From an uncultured bacterium (lineage in GTDB: Bacteria > Zixibacteria > MSB-5A5 > UBA10806), in assembly GCA_965541585.1 (NCBI GenBank), contig CBEUCH010000011.1, positions 59,557 to 123,556 of the forward strand: a DNA stretch of 64,000 nt. Direction: 5' to 3'. The notes under the pieces were generated by a model, which worked only from the letters and a program-made list of their open reading frames with translations, made no database searches and was not told the origin of the DNA. Of this stretch, positions 39,722 through 49,995 are shown one piece after another. The position numbers and the translations under genes are program-made. How positions within the stretch are numbered: the first letter of the stretch is position 1; each line of letters begins with the position of its first letter.

Positions 39722-40501
39722 TTGATAAACGAATATTCTTTCAAGTTCGCCTTCACGCCAGCATTGCCTGCGATTGTGAATATGGAGTTTGATCTCCGGT
39801 TGGGTCGAGACGCCGTGCTTGCTGTGCCGGGCGTCCGTTTCTTTACGTGGGAATCTGATGCGATAAGTATCGGCTGCAACCAGAATTGTAGAAAGAGGAT
39901 CGATCTTGAACTCAGCCGCAGAGACGGTATCGAGGTTGTCAGGCGCCCGACCGGGGGCCGCGAACTATTGCATGGTCATGATCTTTGCTACAGCGTGGTT
40001 TGGCCGACAAAGGATTCTCTGACGGCTATCAAGGCTGCAGAGATTTTTGCCGGGATCAACGATATTCTCATATCGGCCCTGCGGAAACTAAACGTCGACG
40101 CTTCCCGGCAGAGGATATCCAGAGTGCGAGGCGCGAGATCCGGTCCATGCTTCGCCCTGGTCGACAGGGGTGAAATCGCAGTTGATGAAAAGAAATTGCT
40201 GGCATCCGCACAACGGATTTACGAGAAAACTGCTCTCCAGCAAGGTTCGATGCCTCTAACGGAGCCGGCGAAGAATTTGACCAACTACCTGAGGGCAGGT
40301 GATCGATACGAGATGACAGGGAAAATGGCAGAAACTACAACTTATCTCTACGATCAAATTGATGAAACATTTACAGTCGGTTCGATTGTTCAAATATTCA
40401 AGGGAGAGTTTAAGAAGTTTTTCGGTTCGGAGGCGGACGATCTTCAAGAGGATTTAGAAAATATGAGTTTGATGCCTGTTAATTCCAGAAAGGAACTTTA
40501 A
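39722..40501 (+). CDS. Lipoate-protein ligase / octanoyltransferase (LipM/LplA-like) family protein
   Basis: NM..D, ISIG..Q, VVRRPTGGR.LLH..DLCYS, CF and KKL.ASAQ..LQQGS motifs. Confidence 0.82.
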   Translation: MINEYSFKFAFTPALPAIVNMEFDLRLGRDAVLAVPGVRFFTWESDAISIGCNQNCRKRIDLELSRRDGIEVVRRPTGGRELLHGHDLCYSVVWPTKDSLTAIKAAEIFAGINDILISALRKLNVDASRQRISRVRGARSGPCFALVDRGEIAVDEKKLLASAQRIYEKTALQQGSMPLTEPAKNLTNYLRAGDRYEMTGKMAETTTYLYDQIDETFTVGSIVQIFKGEFKKFFGSEADDLQEDLENMSLMPVNSRKEL

Positions 40502-40606
40502 TAACAAACCGTAAGATTGAGTATCAAATCGGGGAGGTGATACTGAAGCTAATTTGCTACAAAAGAAAAATTATTTTTTAACCTATTTTATAGGAGTCAA
40601 CAGAAG

Positions 40607-42346
40607 ATGAAAAAGATTCTATTTTGGACAGTTATTGCGCTGGTTACGGCCTTCGCGGTTTCTGCAATTGCCTCTGACCTGAAAGGCAAAATGCAAGAGG
40701 AGGTTCTTCTTAAAGGCGATGAGCCTATCCCGAATGCTATTTATTATCCCACACGGCCGGGCCTGATAACCGACTCGCCGGGTGAGATAATTGGCTGGAC
40801 GCAATATGACTACCAGACCAACGGATCCACAGGCAACAGGGCCGCCCTCGGCATCGCCGGCGCGGTGAATTTTTCATGGATGAATGGTCTGGATATCAAT
40901 CCGGATGCCAGCGGAGAAAGACAGGTCTATTTCAACTGCGTGGATGCCAACGGCGTCCAGACCTACCCCGGGGAGGGAACCCAGATCTCCGAGGGACAAC
41001 GCGCAGGATATACAACCATAGCTAACTTTTCCAGCGATGCGGCCCTTGTCGCTTATCATCGTACTTCTCCGATCTATGAGGTTTTCGCTGCTCTTGACGC
41101 TGTATCGTGTTTCGGAATTTTCACGACGAACACTGTAACGAACATAATTGGTGGCAATACGGCGATCTGGCCCTATGTTTCGGTCGATCGCAACGATAAC
41201 ATCCATATAGTATACAGCTTGCCAGACGATCTAGGCGATACTTTTGGGTACACTAATTCAACTGACGACGGCCAGAGCTGGAGCAGACCGGTCGCTGTAG
41301 ATACAACCATGACACTTTCCGTGATTACGACCTCCAGTCCCGTTTCCGATAAGGTATCCATCATCTATACCCATGACGTCGGTCAACAGTGGCGGGATAA
41401 CGTCTATTATATTGAGTCTGCGGACGGCCTTACATGGGATTGGGAAAACGGAAAGGTGAACGTTACCGAGTACGGCCAGGGAGGCGATTCTCTCTGGGCC
41501 TATACCGACGTTGACGCTGTTTATGACTACAATGACAACCTCCATATAATCTGGAATGCGCAGTACGTTTTCGAGGACGGGACGTATTACGTAGGGGCTT
41601 TCCTGTACCATTTCGATACGGAATCAGAGGCGTTCACCCTTATGGCGACATCTGAATATCCGGACCCTGTCGAATGTTCTGAAGGAGCCTGGCAGCTGCC
41701 AATAGCCAAAATGTCGATCGGCGTTCAGGAAGGCACCAACGCATTGTATTCGGTCTATACGTTTTTCCCGGAGGACGACTGTTCTGCGGCCGGCTTTTCC
41801 AACGGGGAATTGCATATGGTGTATTCGGCTGACGGCGGTTCTTCCTGGTCGGAGCCCGAGAACATTACAAACTCACCCAGTCCCGACTGCAGATTTGGCG
41901 AATGCGATTCGGATCACTGGTCTTCGCTGGCAGAGAGAGTCGACGACGAATTACATATCGTCTACATCAATGACAAGGATGCCGGCGGTCTTCCGCAGGG
42001 TGAAGGGGGCGTAACGGATAACCCCGTTATGTATCTGGCTATCTCCTCTCAAACCGGCATTGGCAGCGAGGGTTCCGTGCCGAGGAGCTTTGCGCTGTCC
42101 CAGAACTACCCCAACCCGTTCAACGCCAAGACGAATATCGAATTCGAACTGCTCGAGAATTCTCGTGTGGAGCTTTCGGTTTACGATATCACCGGCGCCA
42201 GAGTCACCACTCTTGCCAATGGCGAGATGGAAGCCGGCGTTCATTCAGTCAACTGGGATGCCGAGAAGGTGGCATCGGGTGTGTATTACTACAGCCTGAA
42301 AGCCAACGGCGAGCAGTCAACAAGAAAGATGACGCTTCTGAAGTAG
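40607..42346 (+). CDS. Secreted Asp-box (BNR-like) protein with C-terminal sorting domain, paralog 1
   Basis: Signal peptide, DSPGE..G.TQYDYQTNGS, SxDGGxSW boxes, CDSDHWSSLA and QNYPNPFN...KMTLLK. Confidence 0.85.
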   Translation: MKKILFWTVIALVTAFAVSAIASDLKGKMQEEVLLKGDEPIPNAIYYPTRPGLITDSPGEIIGWTQYDYQTNGSTGNRAALGIAGAVNFSWMNGLDINPDASGERQVYFNCVDANGVQTYPGEGTQISEGQRAGYTTIANFSSDAALVAYHRTSPIYEVFAALDAVSCFGIFTTNTVTNIIGGNTAIWPYVSVDRNDNIHIVYSLPDDLGDTFGYTNSTDDGQSWSRPVAVDTTMTLSVITTSSPVSDKVSIIYTHDVGQQWRDNVYYIESADGLTWDWENGKVNVTEYGQGGDSLWAYTDVDAVYDYNDNLHIIWNAQYVFEDGTYYVGAFLYHFDTESEAFTLMATSEYPDPVECSEGAWQLPIAKMSIGVQEGTNALYSVYTFFPEDDCSAAGFSNGELHMVYSADGGSSWSEPENITNSPSPDCRFGECDSDHWSSLAERVDDELHIVYINDKDAGGLPQGEGGVTDNPVMYLAISSQTGIGSEGSVPRSFALSQNYPNPFNAKTNIEFELLENSRVELSVYDITGARVTTLANGEMEAGVHSVNWDAEKVASGVYYYSLKANGEQSTRKMTLLK

Positions 42347-42449
42347 TCGCATTCGGCAATGTACCTTTAGATCGGGGCCTATTCAGGCCCCGATTTTTTA
42401 TTTTCAATTCTGGGATGATTGGTAAGAAATCCAAAATAATCCTTGACAT
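42113..42449 (+). repeat. 337-bp exact direct repeat, copy 1 (CTD coding + terminator + next -35 box)
   Basis: Identical by eye to 44035-44371 (offset 1922). The ORF track shows identical 66-aa antisense ORFs. Confidence 0.93.
42371..42399 (+). terminator. Rho-independent terminator
   Basis: ATCGGGGCCT-ATTC-AGGCCCCGAT followed by a T-run. Confidence 0.85.
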
Positions 42450-42522
42450 TAACCCATAAAGATGGGTAAATTTATGTATAAGCTGATAAAATCAAATCAA
42501 TCCTCATTTATCGGAGGTGACG

Positions 42523-44268
42523 ATGAGAAGGATTCTATTTTGGACAGTTGTTGCGCTGATTATGATTTTCGCAACTTCGGCTATTTCGGGCGACCTGATC
42601 GGTCCACGAGTTGAGAATCAGCGCCTGGTTGGAGGCAGCGAATCATTTGATGATGTCTCCATTCCACCGGCTGCCCCTGGTGGGTTGATAACCGATTCGC
42701 CCGGGGAACTAGTGGGAGAAACCCAATACGATTATCAAACTAACGGTTCGAGCGGTAACAGGCTTGTTGTCGATAACCTGGGCGGCAAGCATTTCGTGTG
42801 GATGAAAGGTATCGATTATGATGGGGGTCTTAGATCGGTCTTTTTTAACTACTCGGATGCTTCAGGAAACTGGCCGCTACCCGAGGGTGGACAGCCTGTC
42901 TCGCAAGAGAATGGCGCCGGCTATACTCAGATTTCGATCACCAGTGACGATCGAGCCGCGGTTGCCTATCACGAATCGGCGCTGGACTTCGTCACTTATG
43001 CTGAAGACCAGGTATCGGGATTCGGGATATTTAGCTATTCCGATCCTCCGGATATGTTTGGGCTCCGGTGTTACTGGCCTTATATTGCTCTCGATCGTAA
43101 TGATAACATTCACATTATTAGCGTCGAGAATGCAGCGCTCGGTGAACCGCAGACAATGGGATACACCATGTCGGAGGACGGCGGCGCGAACTGGTCCAGA
43201 CTCACGCGAGTTGATACTTTAATGGTTATTTCCCCGAATGTGGTCGCCAGCCCGGTGTCAGACAAAGTCGCCATCGTTTACACCCACCCTTTGGATTTCG
43301 TAACGCAGTGGAATAACGATATCTACTATGTTGAATCCGAGGATGGCCTAACGTGGGATTTCGACAACGGTAAGGTCAACGTAACCGAATACGGTAGTCC
43401 TGATTCTTTGTATGCTTACACCGACCTGGCGGCGATCTACGATCACAATGACAATCTCAACATCATCTGGAGTGCTCAGTGGGTGACGGATTTAGGAGTC
43501 TATTATAGAACTTACCTTCTCCATTACAGTACCGGTTCCGGAGTGATAACGGAGATCTTGCAGACCGCTTCTGAATGGGTAGATAACTGCTCTTTCGGTG
43601 TCTGGAATCGTCCGGTTACAAAAATGTCTCTGGCTGTGCATCCGAACGCCATTTTCGCAGTCTATACGAAATTTGACAGTACTGATTGTTCTCTCGGCGG
43701 TTTCGCAAATGGCGATATCTATGCCACCTCTTCGGTTGATGGCGGCGCCACCTGGGCGTGGAATGAATGGCCCGATACGAACCTGACAAATTCTCCTACA
43801 CCCAACTGCGCTGCCGACGAGTGTGACTCCGATCACTGGTCTTCAGCCGCCGATAAGGTTGATGACTACCTGCATATCATTTATATCAACGACAAAGATG
43901 CCGGGGGCATCCCGCAGGATGAGGGCCAGGTAACGGATAATCCTGTATTGTATCTGAAGATTCCTGTTCCTCTTGTTGGTATCGATGATGGTCATGGCGT
44001 TCCCAAAACCTTCGCGCTGTCGCAGAACTATCCTAACCCGTTCAACGCCAAGACGAATATCGAATTCGAACTGCTCGAGAATTCTCGTGTGGAGCTTTCG
44101 GTTTACGATATCACCGGCGCCAGAGTCACCACTCTTGCCAATGGCGAGATGGAAGCCGGCGTTCATTCAGTCAACTGGGATGCCGAGAAGGTGGCATCGG
44201 GTGTGTATTACTACAGCCTGAAAGCCAACGGCGAGCAGTCAACAAGAAAGATGACGCTTCTGAAGTAG
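42523..44268 (+). CDS. Secreted Asp-box protein with C-terminal sorting domain, paralog 2
   Basis: Same motif set as paralog 1; ATG 42523 follows GGAGG. Confidence 0.85.
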   Translation: MRRILFWTVVALIMIFATSAISGDLIGPRVENQRLVGGSESFDDVSIPPAAPGGLITDSPGELVGETQYDYQTNGSSGNRLVVDNLGGKHFVWMKGIDYDGGLRSVFFNYSDASGNWPLPEGGQPVSQENGAGYTQISITSDDRAAVAYHESALDFVTYAEDQVSGFGIFSYSDPPDMFGLRCYWPYIALDRNDNIHIISVENAALGEPQTMGYTMSEDGGANWSRLTRVDTLMVISPNVVASPVSDKVAIVYTHPLDFVTQWNNDIYYVESEDGLTWDFDNGKVNVTEYGSPDSLYAYTDLAAIYDHNDNLNIIWSAQWVTDLGVYYRTYLLHYSTGSGVITEILQTASEWVDNCSFGVWNRPVTKMSLAVHPNAIFAVYTKFDSTDCSLGGFANGDIYATSSVDGGATWAWNEWPDTNLTNSPTPNCAADECDSDHWSSAADKVDDYLHIIYINDKDAGGIPQDEGQVTDNPVLYLKIPVPLVGIDDGHGVPKTFALSQNYPNPFNAKTNIEFELLENSRVELSVYDITGARVTTLANGEMEAGVHSVNWDAEKVASGVYYYSLKANGEQSTRKMTLLK

Positions 44269-44371
44269 TCGCATTCGGCAATGTACCTTTAGATCGGGGC
44301 CTATTCAGGCCCCGATTTTTTATTTTCAATTCTGGGATGATTGGTAAGAAATCCAAAATAATCCTTGACAT
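44035..44371 (+). repeat. 337-bp exact direct repeat, copy 2
   Basis: Identical to 42113-42449. Confidence 0.93.
44293..44321 (+). terminator. Rho-independent terminator
   Basis: Identical to 42371-42399. Confidence 0.85.
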
Positions 44372-44444
44372 CGATCCATAAAGATGGGTAAATTGGTGTA
44401 TAAGTTGATTAATTCAAATCAACCCTCATTTATCGGAGGTGACG

Positions 44445-46160
44445 ATGAGAAAGGTCATAGTCTTTTTGCTGGCGTTTTTTGGTGTAGCCATCGCCGGCAA
44501 GCATGGTCCCGTGCAGCCTGCTCTCGACAATAGGCCGGATCCGCCTGCTGTCATGCTTCACGGCAACCCCATCCAGCCGTGGGTAACCAACTCTCCCGGG
44601 GACACCGTTGGCTGGACCGAATACGAGTACCAGACGAACGGTCCGACCGGCAACAGGGCCGCGCTCGACTCGCAGGGGGGCGTTCATTTCTCGTGGATGA
44701 AGCTGGAGTCTCCCGAGTCAAGGGGAGTCAATTTCAATTTCCGTGAGTACGACGGAATCTGGCCGATTGATCCCGTGAGGGTCAACTCCGAGGGTGGTGC
44801 CGGCTATACTACCTGCGATGTTCTCTCTGATGACCGCGCGGTAGTGGCCTACCATTCGTCCGGTGGGGCTGATCCGCTATATCTTACGGTCGCCATTGAC
44901 CAGGTTCGTGGTTTCGGCATCTTTCAGGAGACGGATCCACCCGATTTTCTCGGTGGAGAGACTCTTTTCTGGCCCTACGTTGCGATCGACCAGAGCGATA
45001 GAATTCATATTGTAGCCCGTGTAAACGCGGGATCGGACCGGTTAGGTTATACTCGCTCCGATGATGAAGGCGGGACCTGGGAGCGGATAGCGATGGTCGA
45101 TACTTCTTTGAATGTGTCCCAGATGATTACCGCCTCACATAATACCGACAAAGTTGCCATCACCTACAACAGGCTCAGGGTGACGGAAGATTGGTTCGAT
45201 ATCTATTATGTCGAATCGGAGGACGGCGTTAACTGGGATTGGAATGCGAAGGTAAATATCACCAACTATGCCCTTGATGACACCATGCGCGCGGGCTGGC
45301 ATGATAACGACGCCGTTTACGACAACCTTGGCAATCTTCACATAGTCTGGAACGTTTTCAAGTACGATCCTGATCAGGGTGAGGTCATCTGGCCCCTGTC
45401 CAATATCTATCACTGGAGTGAGGCCACCGGCATATCCCTGGTTGCCGGCGGCTGGTGGGATTCATTTCCGGGAGGGTCAAACGCTTCCGTATGTAAGCCA
45501 TCCCTGGGGGTTGATTATTCTAACGGCAATTTATTCTGCACCTGGTCGCAGTTTACTCTGGATGACACCTCCACCGGTGATCCGTCGCTGGGCGGTTACT
45601 CCAACGGTGAGATCTACGCGTCGGCTTCCCTTAACGGCGGTGCAACCTGGGGACGGTCGGTGAATCTAACCGATTCTCCATCGCCCGATTGTCTCCCCGG
45701 GGAATGCGATTCGGATAACTGGTCCTCGTTGGCGGAACATGTCAACGATACACTAAACATCATCTATATCAACGATAAGGATGCAGGAGCCTATATCCAG
45801 GACGAGGGCGCGTTGACCAATAATCCGGTCTTGAATCTGAGGGTCCCCGCGGATGAGGTGATACAGACCTCGGTTGACGAGGACTATTCCATTCCTTACA
45901 GATTTACGTTGCACCAGAACTATCCGAACCCCTTCAATGCTCGGACAAATATATCGTTCGAGCTTGAAGAAGCCACCGATGTAAAAATCACGGTCTACAA
46001 TATCACCGGCGCCATGACAGGAATTCTGATGGATGATCGACTCGAGGCGGGCGCCTATGCAGTAAACTGGGATGCCGTGGGGGTATCGTCGGGAATATAC
46101 TACTACAAGCTCTCCACACCCCGCGGTTCGCAGGTGAAGAAGATGACGCTTCTGAAGTAA
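44445..46160 (+). CDS. Secreted Asp-box protein with C-terminal sorting domain, paralog 3
   Basis: NSPGDTVGWTEYEYQTNG, SDDEGGTW, CDSDNWSSLA and QNYPNPFN...KMTLLK. Confidence 0.85.
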   Translation: MRKVIVFLLAFFGVAIAGKHGPVQPALDNRPDPPAVMLHGNPIQPWVTNSPGDTVGWTEYEYQTNGPTGNRAALDSQGGVHFSWMKLESPESRGVNFNFREYDGIWPIDPVRVNSEGGAGYTTCDVLSDDRAVVAYHSSGGADPLYLTVAIDQVRGFGIFQETDPPDFLGGETLFWPYVAIDQSDRIHIVARVNAGSDRLGYTRSDDEGGTWERIAMVDTSLNVSQMITASHNTDKVAITYNRLRVTEDWFDIYYVESEDGVNWDWNAKVNITNYALDDTMRAGWHDNDAVYDNLGNLHIVWNVFKYDPDQGEVIWPLSNIYHWSEATGISLVAGGWWDSFPGGSNASVCKPSLGVDYSNGNLFCTWSQFTLDDTSTGDPSLGGYSNGEIYASASLNGGATWGRSVNLTDSPSPDCLPGECDSDNWSSLAEHVNDTLNIIYINDKDAGAYIQDEGALTNNPVLNLRVPADEVIQTSVDEDYSIPYRFTLHQNYPNPFNARTNISFELEEATDVKITVYNITGAMTGILMDDRLEAGAYAVNWDAVGVSSGIYYYKLSTPRGSQVKKMTLLK

Positions 46161-46190
46161 GGTTGGAGCCTGATCGGCTGATACGCTATG

Positions 46191-46218
46191 AGGCCCGCTC
46201 CGAAAAGAGCGGGCCTTT
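46191..46218 (+). terminator. Rho-independent terminator
   Basis: AGGCCCGCTC-CGAAAA-GAGCGGGCCT followed by T-rich sequence. Confidence 0.8.
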
Positions 46219-46398
46219 ATTTACATGTTTCCGGCCTCCTTTTTCTTTCAAGTAATGATCCTTAATCTCTATCTCCCCGAGGCAATTTGTTGATTGTCCT
46301 TGACATAGTGATAAGAGTGCTTTTATTTATATTATAACAAGGGATAGATATTTCTTGTTATCTGTAAGTCATAAATTCGGGAGAAAGGAGTTCCTGCC

Positions 46399-48015
46399 AT
46401 GAAGAGGATTATGATAGCAATCGGCATTGCCTTGCTGATGGCGACAACCGGTTACCCGCAGATATGCGATCCGCCCGGTGAGTTTGTGGGGATCACCGAA
46501 TATCCGATACAATCTTCGGGATCGTCGAACAGCCGAATAGCCTATGACGCAATGGAGGGCGTACATATTACCTGGATGCGTGGCCCCTCCGGTTTCGAGA
46601 GAAATGTTTATTACAACTTTCGTGGTAATGAGGGCTGGCTGGGGGAGACGATTGTCAGCCAGGTCGACGGAGCCGGTTATCCGACCCTGGCATTGACGTC
46701 TGACTATAGGGCTAATATTACCTATCATAATATGATGAACAATTACGTGCTCCTGGCAATTGACCAGGTTCGAGGTTTCGGGATCTTTAATTATTACGAT
46801 CCACCCGATCTGGCGCCCAGTCGCAACAGGGCTTTCTGGCCACAGATCGCGCTCTCCGCAAATGACGATATTCATATCCTGATGGCCGAGCATACCCAGG
46901 AATACGGAATTTATCCCTCCGTTATCTACAGCCGTTCCACCGACGACGGAGAGTCCTGGACAGATCCCATCGAGGTAGCCTCGGTAGCATTATTAAATGG
47001 CATTATTACGTCTGCCTCGGACGGCCGGGTGGCTATCGTCTATCTTCAACCTGTGACGAGCGGAGAGTTCAGCCAGGTCAAAAATGAGATCTGCTATTTT
47101 ATTTCTGCGGACGGCAGTGAATGGGATTTTTCTGAGCCCGCGTACATTACCGATTACGAAAATGACGGGCTCGATATTTATTGCCCCTGGGGGATCGATG
47201 CCGTTTTCGGTCCCGACGGCGGACTGAACGTTATCTGGCTTACCGGGAATATCGATGAGGAAGGTCTGTTCATCGATGATGCTACGAAACTCTGGCATTA
47301 TTCGGATGAGACCGGCAACAGTATGCAAATCTCGGAGATGAGCGACCCCGACCTGAGATGCGAACTTGCCGCCGTCACTTCTCAGATTTCTATGCCCACT
47401 ATTTCTATCAATTTGGCATGGCCCTCCGAGATTATGTCCGTAACGTATGTCGGCTATGATGATACAGATGTATCCTCCGAAGGTAACTGTGTCGGAGATT
47501 TGTATATGGTTTTCAAACTGTATACTTGGCAAGATTGGGTCGGTCCATTCAATATTACCGAAACGAGTTCACCCGACTGCGAGCCAGGCGATTGTCTATC
47601 CGAGAATTTTCCCTCGACGGCGGAGTCTATAGCCGATTCAGTCCATCTGACATATGTCATGCAAAAACTTGGCGACATCCCGGATACCGTCTATTATCTA
47701 CCGGTGCACGTTTCTTCCGGGCTACCGGTATACGAAGATGGGAATGTACCGACCGCCTTTGAGCTGTACGGGAATTATCCTAATCCGTTCAACGCGGGCA
47801 CGACCATTGAATTTAAAATTGAAGAAAACGGTTATGCGAACCTGACTATTTACGATATCACCGGCGCTAAAGTCGCCACCCTTGTTAATGGGGAGATGGA
47901 GGCCGGCTTGCACTCGGTCAACTGGGATTCCGGTGATGCAGCATCGGGTGTGTATTACTACAGCCTGGAGGCTAACGGCGAGGAATCGACTCGGAAAATG
48001 ACGCTCTTGCGATAG
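46399..48015 (+). CDS. Secreted Asp-box protein with C-terminal sorting domain, paralog 4 (short N-terminus subfamily)
   Basis: QICDPPGEFVG.T.YPIQS, STDDGESW and NYPNPFN...KMTLLR. Confidence 0.85.
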   Translation: MKRIMIAIGIALLMATTGYPQICDPPGEFVGITEYPIQSSGSSNSRIAYDAMEGVHITWMRGPSGFERNVYYNFRGNEGWLGETIVSQVDGAGYPTLALTSDYRANITYHNMMNNYVLLAIDQVRGFGIFNYYDPPDLAPSRNRAFWPQIALSANDDIHILMAEHTQEYGIYPSVIYSRSTDDGESWTDPIEVASVALLNGIITSASDGRVAIVYLQPVTSGEFSQVKNEICYFISADGSEWDFSEPAYITDYENDGLDIYCPWGIDAVFGPDGGLNVIWLTGNIDEEGLFIDDATKLWHYSDETGNSMQISEMSDPDLRCELAAVTSQISMPTISINLAWPSEIMSVTYVGYDDTDVSSEGNCVGDLYMVFKLYTWQDWVGPFNITETSSPDCEPGDCLSENFPSTAESIADSVHLTYVMQKLGDIPDTVYYLPVHVSSGLPVYEDGNVPTAFELYGNYPNPFNAGTTIEFKIEENGYANLTIYDITGAKVATLVNGEMEAGLHSVNWDSGDAASGVYYYSLEANGEESTRKMTLLR

Positions 48016-48042
48016 GTGACTCTGGATATAAAGCATCCGAAT

Positions 48043-48066
48043 CGGGGTCCATGGGGCCCCGTTTTT
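48043..48066 (+). terminator. Rho-independent terminator
   Basis: CGGGGTCC-ATG-GGGCCCCG followed by TTTTT. Confidence 0.75.
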
Positions 48067-48241
48067 AATATTTGGCAGTAATTGGCCCCATCGCGACAGG
48101 CAGATTGTTCCTTTTCAAATTAGTTCAGGGTATTGTGGATTCTTCTTGACATGATGATGCCGATATTGCTTTATTTGATTTGAGCGGATGAGAGATTCCG
48201 CCGGAGATTATCCCCAAAATCGGGAGAAAGGAGCTCCTGCC

Positions 48242-49837
48242 ATGAAGTCTCTTATTTTAAGTCTGGGGGTTGCCGTATTATTGTGGGTATCGGCATATGG
48301 GCAATTTTGCGATCCGCCGGGTGAGTTTGTCGGGACGACGCTATATCCGATTCAATCCGTGGGCGGCTCGACCAATCGAATCGCTGTCGATGCTCTGGGC
48401 GGTATACATATAACATGGACCTTGAGCGGGATAGAATCTCGTCCGAGATTTGTATACTATAATTTCCGCAATGAAAACAACAGTTGGCTGGGCGGAACGC
48501 GCGTTGGCGAAGGTAATGGAGCGGCGTATCCGTCTTTAGCCCTGAACCTCATAAATGCCGCCACAATCGCATACCATGATGTTGACTCACCGTTTGAACG
48601 TATTTGGCTGGCAATAGATTTAGTCCGTGGATTTGGAATCTTCGAGACTTTTCCTGTGCCGAATACATTGCCGAATGGAAGTAGAGCTATATGGCCTCAT
48701 ATCTCGGTTTCCCCCAACGGAGATATTCATATCCTCATGAAAGAGTGGGAATCGGGCCCTGGCGATTTTAGAGACCTTTTGTATACCCGATCCGAGGACG
48801 GAGGCGGAAGCTGGATCGATCCCGCATTGGTGGATACTATTACTGCCTTTTCGGCGTCCATCACGGCTGCCCCAAACGGAGAGGTGGCCATAACCTACCT
48901 TCATCCGACAGATAACGATGGAGACGGGGACTATGTAGGTAACCTCTGCTATTTTAAATCTCCGGATGGCCGTGGTTGGGATTTCTATGATCCTCTCTGT
49001 TTTACCGACTACGAAAATGACGATCTGGATATCTTTAGCGTGGGAGAAATCGATGCGGTTATGGATCTGGAGGGCAATCTCAATATCGTGTGGTTAGCTA
49101 TCGACAGCTCAGATAACGCAACCCAGTTGTGGTATTTTACGGATCGAACCTGGGAGACGATGATGATCTCCGAGATGACCGATCCGGATCTGACCTGTGA
49201 GCCGGGCCGTCTGCAAATGAGTATGCCCACGGTTTCAGTAGATTCTACCGGAGCAGTGGAGGTGATATATGTGGGATTCGTCGATACGGATGTATCTTCC
49301 GAAGGCGCTTGTGTGGGCGATCTGTATATGGTTTACGGCTCCAATTTTGGGGAGGATTGGATCGGTCCATTTAACATCACCCAAACCCATTCTTCAGGAT
49401 GTTTGCCCGGAGACTGCTTTTCGGAGGGCCAGCCATCTACAGCAGAGGTGGCGGCGGATTCAGTATATCTGACTTATATCATGCAGAAATTTGGCGACGT
49501 TCAGGATACTGTCTATTATATGCCGGTTGAGGTACCCGCCCGGCTGGCTGTGGATGATGGCGCGGATCTCCCGAAATCCTTCAGGCTATACGGCAATTAT
49601 CCGAACCCATTTAATTCCAGCACGACCATCAGGTTCGAGACCGTGGAAAACGGTTATGCGAACCTGACTATATACGATATCACAGGCGCTAAAGTCGCCA
49701 CCCTTGTTGATGGTGACATGGAAGCTGGAGTGCATGCGGTCTCCTGGAACGCGGATGGATCAGCCTCGGGTGTTTATTATTACATGCTAACATCAGACGC
49801 CGGCTCGCAGGCGAAGAAGATGGTTTATCTGAAATAA
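48242..49837 (+). CDS. Secreted Asp-box protein with C-terminal sorting domain, paralog 5 (short N-terminus subfamily)
   Basis: Start reassigned to ATG 48242 (same GGGAGAAAGGAG..CCTGCC ATGAAG context as paralog 4). QFCDPPGEFVG, SEDGGGSW and NYPNPFN...KMVYLK. Confidence 0.85.
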   Translation: MKSLILSLGVAVLLWVSAYGQFCDPPGEFVGTTLYPIQSVGGSTNRIAVDALGGIHITWTLSGIESRPRFVYYNFRNENNSWLGGTRVGEGNGAAYPSLALNLINAATIAYHDVDSPFERIWLAIDLVRGFGIFETFPVPNTLPNGSRAIWPHISVSPNGDIHILMKEWESGPGDFRDLLYTRSEDGGGSWIDPALVDTITAFSASITAAPNGEVAITYLHPTDNDGDGDYVGNLCYFKSPDGRGWDFYDPLCFTDYENDDLDIFSVGEIDAVMDLEGNLNIVWLAIDSSDNATQLWYFTDRTWETMMISEMTDPDLTCEPGRLQMSMPTVSVDSTGAVEVIYVGFVDTDVSSEGACVGDLYMVYGSNFGEDWIGPFNITQTHSSGCLPGDCFSEGQPSTAEVAADSVYLTYIMQKFGDVQDTVYYMPVEVPARLAVDDGADLPKSFRLYGNYPNPFNSSTTIRFETVENGYANLTIYDITGAKVATLVDGDMEAGVHAVSWNADGSASGVYYYMLTSDAGSQAKKMVYLK

Positions 49838-49995
49838 TCGGCGAGCAATATTCTATTGCTTTATCTTGATTTTTCATTAAACTATGAGGGGCATATAACG
49901 TATTGAAGATATGCCATGGAACTGTTTGGATTCTGAAAGCGATCCGGAGTTTCTTTTGAGGATAATTGGATAACCTATAAGAAAGAGGAGTTATC

